64,000 bases of DNA from Hemiscyllium ocellatum (taxonomy: Eukaryota). Location: contig NC_083417.1 of assembly GCF_020745735.1 (NCBI RefSeq), forward strand, positions 63,860,001 through 63,924,000, in the 5' to 3' direction. Both the position numbers and the translations under genes were made by a program. Shown one piece after another: positions 36,843 through 48,300 of this stretch. The notes under the pieces were generated by a model. It saw only the letters and a program-made list of their open reading frames with translations. It did no database searches and was not told the DNA's origin. Each line of letters opens with the position of its first letter. Position 1 is the first letter of the stretch.

Positions 36843-39800
36843 CTGTAAATTCAGCATTTAGGAATATTGTTGAAGTAATATGGAACAGGATGTCTGCAAA
36901 GTGGTCATCAGGAGGACTTGGAAATGATTTTCTGTATCTCTCATGGTCAATGTCAACTGAGGCAAAAGCCTTCACTGACATCCTGAATCTCGATTTCATC
37001 CTAATAATGTAAATTCTTCTTAGGTTATTCAGTTTTACCTCAGCGTACGTGCTTTTCTCTACTTCAAATATACGTCTTGGAGTTCTCTTGCCTCTTCTGA
37101 ATTCTGCTGCACACCCTCCGACAGCGCTTCCTGCGATGGATAGACGCAAAATATTTAATTAAGTCCCTATTTCATGTCTTCAACAATTCGTTCGCCAATC
37201 AGTGAACAAATGTACCATTGGCCCGACATCGCTTGCAGCATCCACGTTTCAGATATATTCACGTGATTACAAATATTACTGTATTGTGGGCAATTTTACA
37301 ATCTAAACTTTTCTTCACGTGCATTTCATAACATAATGTTTCAATGTCAAAAAGTGTCGGCATTGGAGAGGATTTGTTTTCAATCGAAATAATGACTGAA
37401 AGTGTAAAGTTTTATGAGCTAGAAACATTCTTATAAATATGACCAGATTTTAAATGTCCAATTAACATTATTTATCAAAAAGAGCATTGCACCAACTGCA
37501 TTTCAAACGTCGTTGAGTGAGCATTTACTTCAATAAATAACCCGAAAACGTTCAGAGGTGATTAGCATATTTCTGGCATCACTGCAAGCGTCCCGGGGAT
37601 TGCAAACCCCTGTGGTGATGAAGGCATGAACTCACCACCTTGTCAAGACGATCCGGTTGCCTTGTGCATTCTCCATCATCTGAATACCAATGAAATATAA
37701 TTACACTGTGAGATGGAATTATTAACTCAGTTTCCGTATGGAAAATGAAGTACTACATTTCTGAATCAAAGCGATAGAAAAAGACTGTCAATGTTCAGTT
37801 GATACACAACAATAATGAAGAAGGGAGAATATGACATGGTCAACAGCAGTTTCTAATCTTCCCGTTCTTAAAGGAAGAATCATTGCTCAGAAGAAGAATC
37901 ACATTGCCAGCTTCATTTCTGGCAGGGTACAGTTCATTAGTTATGTTCAAAAGTGACGTTTTTCTTTGGAAACTAATACTCCTGAGAAATATTAACATTC
38001 TAATGAATTGTACCCTGCCAGAAATGAAGCTGGTAATGTTCAAAAGTGACGTTTTTCCTTGAAAACCAATACTCCTGAGAATTATTAACATTCTGATAGC
38101 AAAGTTATAACGATTTCTGTGTTATGAAATGGGTCTGAAACAATTTGAATTCGCTAAGACAGTAAGCAATTGCGTTTGCACCTTTAAATCATTTGGCTTT
38201 CTCCCGAAAATACAAATTCCCTTTCATCCCTTTTATTGTCTTCACACATCAACTAGATCGATAATCAAGAGTTGACAGTATTTCTTACTTCTGTTACATA
38301 GAAGTCCATATCGCGTTACAATTATGGTCACAAGCACGAGAAACGAAAATCCAAGTGCCGCACAAATTGGATTCCTAAAACTGAATGAATTGTTGATATT
38401 GTCTGCAAAATTAAGAGGACATTAATTGCTGGTGGTGCTTGGATAGGAACTATTAAAAACTATAAGAACCGCATTATTGAAGGGCAGTGAAAAAGCAGAA
38501 GTGCCAAATATTCTTTCAGTTGAATGTCGAAGTCACTTCCATTTCCAATAGATGGCAAATTCTGAATCAGTTTCTGGAATGGATTGTTGGTTTGTACATC
38601 ACAAAGGATTGTTTTGCAAAGGTCAGGACACAAAACTGGACGATTACCCTTGGACTAAAATACTGATCTTCTTGACTTTATTACGTATTAACACGCGTTT
38701 TCTTGAAATTAGAGTCATGATTTCACAAGCATTTTCTTCGCTGGTAACATCAAATTCTAAAATGGGGCGATCGGATGACGAATCTTTTGCATATATTTGA
38801 GCTGTCTTTTTGATATTCATTGTATAACAAAAGACATCTACTGCTTTGTAAATTGTCGTTTTAAGACAGGACAATATATTGTCAAAGTTAATGCATTAAC
38901 TTTGCCGCACCATAGACAAGTCTCGTCCTCAAATAAGCTTTGTGTTAAGTGTGAGCGTGATTCCGATTAAACGTGCCATGGATAGTTGAGAGATAATACA
39001 GTACTTGGGAAGGGATGTCTTAGAATTCTGCCCTGGACACGACCAACGGGGAATGCAGGGTGGGCGAAACCAAACAAAACAAAGACCTCCCTACAACAGT
39101 ATAGGGAAAGTAGGTAGTCGGCAGGAATGAAGTATTTTCACACGTAAGCAAAACTGGTGAATGAGATGAAGGCAGAAACGGAAAGTACAGCTCACGTCTG
39201 AACATTATTACTACGACATAAATAAAGGAATTAGAATATAAATAAGGTTTTGTTGCTTTTAACACAAATGACAACTTAATATAAGGAATTAAAATATGGC
39301 ATTTACCACGAAAACACTGCAGATTAACTCCATAATATGCATACATTATGCGATGCATTTCATTACATACAATAACAGTAGTTAACTCGCCTTGTTGGTC
39401 TCCAGAAAGTGTGAAAATCGTGCGCATGACGACAGCAGGAGTCTTTAGGGAGACGTGAGATACCGAACAGGTATACGTGGTATTACTCGAAGGAGGTTGA
39501 GACACAGCCAAAGAACTGGATACTTCAAACAGCCCCTCGCCGTTCTGCATCTTTTTAGTATTTATTCCGACTGTAGTTTCGGAGCTGTTTATATACCAGG
39601 CGAGAGTGAAATTGTCCGGATAAAATGGAACTGTTTCACACAGAAGGGTCAAAGAAACTGGTGAGGTTTCATTATCTAACTTGGACGTAATTTTCAGTGG
39701 TACTGGGGAAACTGCATGAAGAGAATTGAAAAAGCCATGTTTATTGTACAAAAACGGAAAATGTTAAATTTGAGTATGCTTTTAAACCGCTATGTTTTAT

Positions 39801-41227
39801 CCCATTCTCAGCAATGAAAGACGCAGCTTATTGCCTACATAACTTTATGTGTAAGCTTTCGAACTGTGGCATTTATTCACCTTTACTTGAAGTATCATCT
39901 CCAATTCTTGTTTTTTTTTCTCAGCAGAAGAAAACTGCAATTTGCTAAGAAATGTTAGTCTCTCGTATTTGAATAAATTAATTCAATTGAGTCAGGGCAG
40001 TGGAAAGGACAAAGAAAGTAATGTTCATCAGCCCTTGTGCTTTGACTCTCACATGAAGAGTAACCATGAAAATGCTGCTTGACGTTCAAATGACGATTAT
40101 TACTTTAGCCAAATTCAAAACCAAAGTATTGTTACTCAAAAAATATATTAAATCTGTTGAACCCCAGGAGCTACAGATTCTCAGTATTGTTTTAGAGACT
40201 GATTCTGAGGCACCGATTCTACTGCGTTGTATGCTTCAAAATATGACTTATTTTGCATTGCTTCCCTTCATCAGTAAGTAACTTCACTCTGATTTTCAAA
40301 CCATGACGCGAAAATTATGTAAGAGCAAATTTATGTACGCTTCAACCTCAGAAGGAGTAATTGGGGATAGTCAGGGCATCAATGTCACACCACAGAGTAG
40401 CTGGATTGTTGTGCTAGCATTAACATAAGTTGCTTGTTGTCGAGTATATGCATCGGAAATTCTGCTGGTAAACGCCTGGTATTTAAGGTGCCTTTGGAAT
40501 TACGATGGTTAATAGTTATAATAGTTTCAGTTTTCTGCCTGTGATATTGATTGTCCAATTACAATGCTTCAAGAGAATCGAATTACTAAGTGCAGGTCAC
40601 TGCTCAAATGATCAGTCCCCATGATTAAACTGCAAACGTTCATGAAATAAGCGATCATAAGATATCTTGTTACTTCAAAATATTTCACACAGTATCACGC
40701 TCTCACTTACCGTGCACAAATAAATGAGAACCAGTTCCATTTATTTGACTTATTCCTTGATAAATCACACCGCAGTAGTAGACTCCAGAATCTTGAATGG
40801 TAACGCTCAGCAAGTTACAGAAAGCTGATGTTTCACTGTCAACACCAAATCGTTTTCTGAAACGCCTCTGAAAATAATCATTTCCAATCTGCTTCCACCA
40901 TATAGCCTTTGGTTTTGAACCGGGCCGAGAGCTGGAGAATTTGCATTGGAATGTGACGTCCTCCCCTCGGTTCACATTTATTTCTTTGGGCGTTTGAGTA
41001 ACACTGAACGATGTTTGATCCGCAGCTGTTAGAAACAAAGTAAGATGCCGATAACTGTCAATAATTCAATATTTCAACAGAAAGATGAATCAATATTCTT
41101 TAAATGAGCGAGGACCTGCTTCAAAAGCATTTAATTAATTAAAGCAGATCTGTCAATTAAATAATCAAGTACCGGTAAGAATAGACTCAAGTAGAATCAA
41201 ACAGAGAAAATTCATCCTCGCTGTCAT
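36660..41227 (-). CDS. Intact non-rearranging VJ-C1 Ig-superfamily receptor with ITIM-type tail (SIRP/NKp30/NITR-like architecture), 359 aa predicted
   Basis: join(41173-41227, 40711-41025, 39391-39711, 38289-38402, 37039-37130, 36660-36842) = 1080 nt, open throughout, with phases 1/1/1/1/0. Leader, V, C1, TM and two cytoplasmic exons; six N-x-S/T sequons in the ectodomain. Confidence 0.8.
37039..37130 (-). CDS. Exon 5: proximal cytoplasmic exon
   Basis: Acceptor CTATCCATCGCAG, phase 1: (R)SAVGGCAAEFRRGKRTPRRIFEVEKSTYAE; donor GAG|GTAAAA. Confidence 0.7.
38289..38402 (-). CDS. Exon 4: stalk + transmembrane
   Basis: Acceptor TTAATTTTGCAG, 114 bp phase 1-1: (D)NINNSFSFRNPICAALGFSFLVLVTIIVTRYGLLCNR; donor A|GTAAGA. 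Confidence 0.82.
39391..39711 (-). CDS. Exon 3: Ig C1-set domain
   Basis: 321 bp phase 1-1: LLCETVPFYPDNFTLAWY, NGEGLFEVSSSL, YTCSVSHVSL are C1 signatures; acceptor CTTCATGCAG; GC donor AAG|GCGAGT. Confidence 0.92.
40711..41025 (-). CDS. Exon 2: germline-joined VJ-type Ig domain
   Basis: 315 bp phase 1-1: VTQTP, FQC, IWWKQ, DSGVYYC and J-like NGTGSHLFV; acceptor TTTGTTTCTAACAG, donor G|GTAAGT. Confidence 0.93.
41173..41227 (-). CDS. Exon 1: signal peptide
   Basis: ATG at 41227: MTARMNFLCLILLESILT + G|GTACTT. The donor is weak but has the correct phase 1; the intron to V is 147 bp. Confidence 0.65.
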
Positions 41228-41293
41228 TCTCAGCAATGGATTCAACTGACGACTCTGCACAGTTAGTGCGAGTTGGTAACTGCTGAGATCCGT

Positions 41294-41333
41294 TTCCGGT
41301 TTGTTTTCTGCGAGGTATGTCGCAATGACGTTT
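41294..41333 (-). promoter_or_regulatory. Putative ETS + CRE half-site promoter module
   Basis: TTCCGGTT (41294-41301) and TGACGTTT (41326-41333), 67-106 bp upstream of the ATG; the pair is repeated upstream of pseudogene A. Confidence 0.5.
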
Positions 41334-43835
41334 AACACTCTGAGAGTGCAGTTGGTATTTGAGCCTCATATGCTCAACGTTACTTTGTAGTTTCTGTATT
41401 TATTTCACGTCTGAAATCACACGTACCACTGTAAGCAAAGTTTCAGAAAAGCCATTTCATTTTCAAATGCAAAGTTAACTCACATTGTTGATGTTCATAC
41501 TGTTTGAAAACACGAGTTGATCTGATTCCGTCGTTCTCTTGGTCAGTGCGTCCAGATCTTAACCACAATTTTGGGCACGTGGCATTTGTTTTGACCTTTT
41601 ACCATAATGGAAGGCTCTGGTTCTTGTCACTTCTTTAATGTGATCAGTAGGCTATAATCCATTCCTTTCCGAGTTCTTGTAATATGAACAAGTGCATCAA
41701 ATCTCCTCTCAACTTTGTCTTCATAAATGGAGATTGCCCGAGTGTCTGCACTAAACTCCGTCCTCCGTCCATGGAATCAGCCATGTTTTGTGTCAGTCAT
41801 CTCTCAGTGAGTTGGGATTTCATTTCTATGCTAGAATATTCTGAGTGCAAATTACACTTCTAAAAGAGAACACAAAAACCAAGGCAGACAGTAATGGAAC
41901 ATACTGCAATAGCAGGGGTGCCACGTTTCAAAAGGGTGTTAAATAATCCTTGCAGATCTTTTTTTCAAAGAAGTGCTCTGGAATTATTGGCGTTCTTGCC
42001 AAGATTTGCGCTTCATTCAGCATAAAAACTCAGATTGCCTTTTATTAAACGGATTGCCGTTTGCCGAGGTTGGCAGGGTATGATGTCAGCTGCGTTTTTT
42101 TTTAATGACAATGAATACACTTGTAAAACAATCCATTAAGTGCAACGTGGTGTCAGAATTACAAACGTCCTACAAAAGCTATGAAATTGAAAGATTTGTT
42201 TCATTTTTAGTTCAGTTCAGTCCGAGCAGTGTTTGGTAAATCTGCACCAGAATTTCTTTGCCTTAGTAGAATATGGTCATGCTTATAATGCCAAAGGCTG
42301 AGGAAGAATTATTCACTATTTGCTCTACTTACTTTGTCACTTTCACCAATTTGTGCACAAATATGCCTGGTCCCTCTACTCTGGAACTCAAAGTAAGACT
42401 GTTCCTTTCATTTGATATTGTCTGCTCCTGTTTTTTGCTGGTTGCTATCTTTGCTACGAGTACAGCAACTTCGATTTGACTCTGTGCGCATTAGGTTTGA
42501 TATCTGCCTTGCTTCCTGAGATGTTATTAAAATGTTTTCGAAGTACCATATATCAGAACATCCACATTCTCTATTATTTAGGAAAATCATAATCAAGTTA
42601 ATCAGACATGCTTTGCCTTTCGGAAATGCGGATTGATTCCAGAGAGGGGCAGGAGTTGGGCAATTGGCCCCTCAAAACTGCTCCAATGTTTAATATGGTC
42701 ATGGCTAATCATCCAACTCAGCACCCTGTTTTTGCTTTCTTCCCACACCCTTTGATCTCTTTATCTCTAGGAACAGTATCCAACTCCTTCATGAAAACAT
42801 TCAACCGCTTTCTATGACAAAGAATTAATTTGTTTTTTTTATGACAGAGGATGGAAACAGAGCAGTAAAGAGAAAACCAGGTGATGACATGCAACAAAGG
42901 TTGTCGAGGTAATAGGGAAAAGGAAGACCAAGATGCAGCAGCACGTTGCAAGTTGATCAACTTTGAGAAGCGGTGTTGAGTCAAATACGGGTTGTTGTCA
43001 GTTTGTATGTTCACTGATTTGAAATAATAGCTAAATTATTAACCCACGAGGGCAAGTGAATCCAATTTAAATAGGTAAAATGGAAGACATGATGCAAGGC
43101 TCGAGTAGGTAAAAACACTGACTGCAGATGCTGGAAACCAGATTCTGGATTAGAGTGGTGCTTGAAAAGCACAGCAGTTCAGACAGCATCCAAGGAGCAG
43201 GAAAATTGAAGCTTTGGCCAAAAGTGTCACACTTTTCAAGTGACACTTCCACACGCCACTGTGTTCCCGGGCCGTCTTTGTATCGGGTTTGCTGCTCGCC
43301 TCTGCCTGAGACAACAGTTAACCACAATGGAATGTATTTTGCAAGGCAGAGAACAAATTGCCTTAATCAATTTATTCTTTTATTCTAAAAATATATCAAA
43401 AATACCAAGCATCCAAAATATCAAAATATCAAAATATTCCCAAATAGAACTTGTGAGCAGTTAAAGGAAACTACACAAGTCACCCTCTGCTTCTTTTGCC
43501 CAAAACGTCAATTTTCCTGCTCCTCAGATGCTGGCTGAATGGCTGTGCTTTTCCAGCACCACTCTAATCCAAAGTAAGGATCCAGTAGTGCAGTAGTGCT
43601 GTTCCTAACTCGGAAACAGAAAACTTCATGCCTGGCCTGCTTCAAACGTATATAATAATGTCTGAAAATATTGAATATAATTTGTCTGAAGTGCATAATA
43701 CTCTGATCAGAAATATTGAATTTCTTAAAATTCAAGAATTGAGGAACTTTCCTGGCACCGTGCAAACAGAAGGAGTCAGAATTTGCTTTTTTGCCAAATA
43801 ATGTAATCCTGGTATTTTGATTTTCCTAAAACTTA

Positions 43836-44045
43836 TAGAATAGAATTCAGAGAATCCCTACAGTGTGGAAATGGGCCATTTGTCCCAACAAGTCCATACC
43901 AACGGTCCAAAAAGTATCCCACCCAAACCCATTCCCTCACACTATTTTTCTACATTCGCCCTTACTAATACACCTAGCCTACATTTTCCTGAACACTTTG
44001 GGCAATTAAGCATGGCCAATTTACCTAACCTGCACATCTTTGAAC
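43836..44045 (-). mobile_element. V-SINE 3' fragment
   Basis: Reverse complement of the SINE tail and AATTAAGCATGGCCAATTTACCTAACCTGCACAT. Confidence 0.75.
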
Positions 44046-44070
44046 TTGTCAGCGTTCTCTCTGTTATTTG

Positions 44071-44743
44071 GAGCTGCTGGTGTTCGGCTGGGGTGGACAA
44101 GTTAAGAATCGCACAACAACAAGTTACAGTCCAACAGGTTTATTTTGAAGCACTAAATTACGAAGTTCTGCTTCTTCATCGGGTGGTTGTGAAACAGTAC
44201 CAGAAGACACAGAATTGATAGCAAAAGATGACTTTGATACAATGATACATTGAACAAACCTAGATTGCTAAGTCATTCATCTTTTAGAATGGATTTGCTG
44301 GTTACGGTTCTTTAATATGTAAATTCCAGAAGTTCTTTTAAAACACATTTTCAAAATAATCTAAGGTTTTTATAACAAAAGCTGACATCTCAACTCAGAC
44401 AATGCCTTACAGCTGCGCAGTTAGAGCCTGACTGTATCCCAAATTTGAGACAGACTCGTTCTTTTCCAAAGCAGAATTTACAAGTATTATATGAATTCAT
44501 TGCCTGCATTGAGTGCTTGCAGTTACTGCATTTTTTAAGCAAAATAGAACGCATTTGGAAGTTTAATTCTGCAAATACAAAATCACCCCATAAACTTATA
44601 TGTGTGTGGCGTGCAGGAGAGAGAGATCACGTGATAGCAAGGGAGCAGAGCAGAAGCTGATAGCCAAGTACGGTCCTATGAGAATGGCTTCGACCATAAC
44701 ATTGGGTTAATGTCACACGACATGGGAACCCACTCCAACATCG

Positions 44744-44775
<32 letters not shown>

Positions 44776-45126
44776 AGTACACACACACACTTCCATACTC
44801 AGATACTCACACAGACCCTCTCTCATACACAAAATCTCTCTCATATGCACACACATGCGCCTCCGACACCCACACCCACGCACACACCCTCTCACAGGCT
44901 TATACCCCATCACACTCACATCCGCACTTTGCCAAGCTTTCACACACGCAAGCACATACTCGCTCACATTCACTCACACTCACGCACTCACACTTACTCC
45001 ATCTCCCTCTTCTGCACGCGCACACACATATTTGCTTAACACACATAAAGCAGTGAATCGAAGGCTCGTGCTTCCAAATAAATCTGTTGGGCGATAACCT
45101 GGTGTTGTGTGATTTTTAACTTTGTC
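44071..45126. mobile_element. Penelope-like element remnant with inverted ends and CA-rich tract
   Basis: Terminal motif GGACAAGTTAAGAATCGCACAACA... at the left and its reverse complement ..TGTTGTGTGATTTTTAACTTTGTC at the right; internal CA tract like 1-345. Confidence 0.6.
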
Positions 45127-45785
45127 TCTCTCTGTTGGCAGTGGTTAGAAACGGTTCAAGCTCGAATGGAGAAATTGCGAGTTATTCAAGGTGAACTAGT
45201 GAAATGGTAACAGTCATGTACACAATGGCTGATACTCAGACCAGTTAAGTGTCAGGCGAGCAGTACTGGTACCTGAAGGAAAGATGGGCACTGATCAATA
45301 TGACATAACATCTCTGATTTGACGAAAGCTGAACAAACGATCAGGGATGAACCACAACACGAATTTCACCCACGAGTATTCCTTCTGGAGAGAACCACAC
45401 CATAGCAACCCCTCGCCAGGAGGGTGGGCGGAAAAGAATGAAGGAACGATTCAGACTGGCCACCGGACTATTCCAAGGTAATGTGTTTCGATTTCAGTGC
45501 AGTTTCAAAGGAGCAGAGGGTGACTTGTGCCGTTCCCTTTAGCTGCTTACAAGTTGTATTTCGGAATATTTTGATATTTGGATATTTCTGTACTTCGTAT
45601 TATTGATAAGATTTTAGAATAAAAGAGTAAATTGATTAAAGCAAATTGTACTCTGCCTTGCAAAATTCATTCCATTCTGGTTAACTGTTGTCTGTTGTCT
45701 CAGGCAGAGGGAAGCAGCAAACCCGATACAAAGATGGCCAAGGAACACAGTGGTGTGCTGAAGTGGCATTTGAAAAGAGTGACGC

Positions 45786-46400
45786 TGGAAAAGTACAGCC
45801 AGTCTGGCAGTATTCGAGGAGCAGAAAAGTCGACGTTGTGGGCATAAACCCTTCATCGAAATGAGGCAGGCAACAAGAAGCTCCAGATCATTTTTGCGGA
45901 CAGAACGTAGGTGTTCTGCAAAGTGGTTCACCATTCTGCATTTCATCTCTTCCATGTAGACAGGAACCACGTTTTTGAGCACCAGCATCTACTCCCAAAG
46001 GACTGCATGCCATCATTTCTGCCACCTCCAACAGAATACCACCAACAGATATATATTGCTGATGCCCCCCTTGTCAGCCATCGACATGGACAGCTCCCTG
46101 CAGGATATCTTAGTCCACTCCTCCTTCACTCCAAATGCGGTACCACACTCCGCAGTACCTTCCCATGGAATCACAGAAGTTGGAACACATGCCCTTTTAC
46201 TCCTCACTCCTCAATACCCAAGGGCCCGGACACACCTTCCAAGTGAAACAGCGATTTACCTACACTTCACTCAATCCAGTCGAGTTTATTTGCTGCTCAC
46301 CATATCCAAAAGTGAGGAAAATCGTTGGCACATTTACAACTCCAAGCCATGATATCTTTGCCAAGTTCTTTCTGATTTCCACTCAAACTGAATTCTACCT
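45786..46400 (+). mobile_element. Penelope-like RT-thumb/GIY-YIG N-terminal fragment
   Basis: FCHLQQNTTNRYILLMPPLSAIDMDSSLQDILVHSS and TFQVKQRFTYTS..FICCS. Confidence 0.7.
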
Positions 46401-48039
46401 CAGGATGGATTTCATTCAAATCACCAGTCACTACCACACTGGTATTTTCCTTTATTATCAAACTGTATTAACCTCATCTCCTCTTCCGTTTTTTCTGTTC
46501 TTCCAGAGTATTGAATATCTTTGAGTATACGGAAGCCAAATTTGGTCACTCTGTAATCACGATCAGCTCATATTCGGTTGTTGCTATTTATGTCGTCACC
46601 TCGTCGAACATGTTCAATTTATGTTAGCCTGCCTGACTCTCACACACCCACCATGGAAAAACGCTTGCCAGTACTAAATTAGCTACTCATGTGTGAGTTT
46701 AAATTACACTGTGACTTCAAGTTGATGGTCCATTATCTCCTTTCATTCTTTTTGACGTGAGATAGGACCGCTGACTTTTAAGCTACATTGTATCACTATT
46801 TTCTTGGACTTATTCTTGTTTTCCATTTTTGTCTTCAACGTATCTGCAAATTTTATTTTTCAAGGATTTTGTTCATTGGGGTTAGGAAGTTGCTGTTAGA
46901 TCATATTATATCTTAAACTTTCTCAATTGGCTAGATTTACTCCATTCAGCTCCAGCCAGTGGGCATGCTTTTCACTTGTGATTTTTGTTTGGATGGTGGT
47001 AACACCATTTGGGTATTACACATGGTCCACATTCAGACATTTACAAACTTCTCTTTGGATTTCGAAACTACATGCTCCATGATCAAAATCACTTCCACCA
47101 GAATTAGTCTTCTTCATGGCATCAAAATTCATAGAAACGTTCAAATATTTAATTGTTCTACCAGTGTCTGCGCAAAGCAATTTGAATGTCCAGTTTACCT
47201 TATGCTACTTCATTTCTCTTGCTAATGTCTCAATGGATGTGTTAATACCTCCGCATTATTTTCCTCCTAATGTATAAGTCGAGTCTTTCCAAAGTTAAAT
47301 TCACCCTAATCTCGGTCTTACTGGATTTCATGACCATGATTTCCCCATTTTCCGCAACTGACATATTTTCATGTTATGTCAGTATTTGCTATCACTCTTA
47401 TGAAATACGTTTTGCCCCTTTTCTTCAACCTCAAAATATTATGTTCCAATTCCCTTTTCATCTTCTTTCCGGCTTCCACTTTATTCATTCCACACTCTAT
47501 CACAAGCTTATGGAAGAACATAAAACATGGGAGCAGAATTAAACCATTGAAAAGATAAACGTTAACTTCGTTGTTCTGCCATTTTCCTCCATGTGTTGGT
47601 ACACTTACTAATTTTCAAACCTGCCCATATCAGTTTTGAATCTGCTTCAGCAATTGTCTGGCATACAAGTCCAAGGATTCACTACCAACCAGTAGAAGAA
47701 ATTCACCCTAATCTCGGTCCTAAGTGAGCATCCCTTTACTCTGAGATTATGCCCACTGGCACCATATTCTCTCAAGATATGAAACAGCATCTCAGGATGT
47801 ACCCTGTAAAGTTCCTAAAGAATCATTCGTTGTCATAAGTTCTGAATTCAATCCCCCCTCATAATATAGTCCCTCCAAACCTGGAATAAAGATGGACAAC
47901 CTTGACTGATTACCTCAACGTGGCAAATCCTTCCCTAGATCAGGAGACCAAAACTGTTCACGGTATTCCAGCTATTGTTTAACTCTTGCTTTTATACTTT
48001 TAGCATGAACTCCTTCTTTATATTTCATTCCCTCGAAAG

Positions 48040-48300
48040 TTGCTGTGTTTTCTCTCTTGTTCAAGCAGATTTAACTGTTACTCAATCTTAACTGACTCCA
48101 ATACCTCCCTTGGAATAACAGATAGTTCTTGTATTCTAGAAAGCTCAAATGCTTGTCTCGCAGTTCAATTATCTTTGTCTTCCTGGCTCTGGACGGTATT
48201 ACATTTGCTAATTCTATCAGGCTGTCTTTTGTTATCTCTGGAAAATTTGTCAAGGATTTCTCAACTGCAATAGCATTCGTCTGCTTGCAAAACCATCTTA
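48040..48300 (-). mobile_element. Possible Gypsy-type gag N-terminal remnant
   Basis: ITKDSLIELANVIPSRARKTKIIE resembles vertebrate Gypsy gag N-termini; similarity judged from memory only. Confidence 0.3.

Larger units (their letters stand above)
43224..45785. repeat. Inverted repeat pair of ~275 bp (43224-43498 / 45506-45785)
   Basis: The reverse complement of the right arm aligns end to end with the left arm (visually about 80% identical). Confidence 0.85.

Noticed and set aside
38644-38874. 76-aa minus-strand ORF within the C1-TM intron
   Set aside because: No domain features or phase-compatible splice sites; the C1 exon joins in frame directly to the TM exon.
40680-40735. TACTGTG heptamer-like sequence just 3' of the V exon (possible RSS)
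   Set aside because: The position 23 bp away gives only a 5/9 match to the nonamer and falls within the exon. The V already contains its J-like strand, so there is no support for RAG rearrangement.
41187-41369. 60-aa ORF upstream of the V exon
   Set aside because: A different frame overlapping the promoter, 5' UTR and true leader; the signal peptide is in another frame.
44710-45097. His/Thr-rich ORFs (also 57-320 and 55194-55583)
   Set aside because: Translation artefacts of CA/CT low-complexity tracts.
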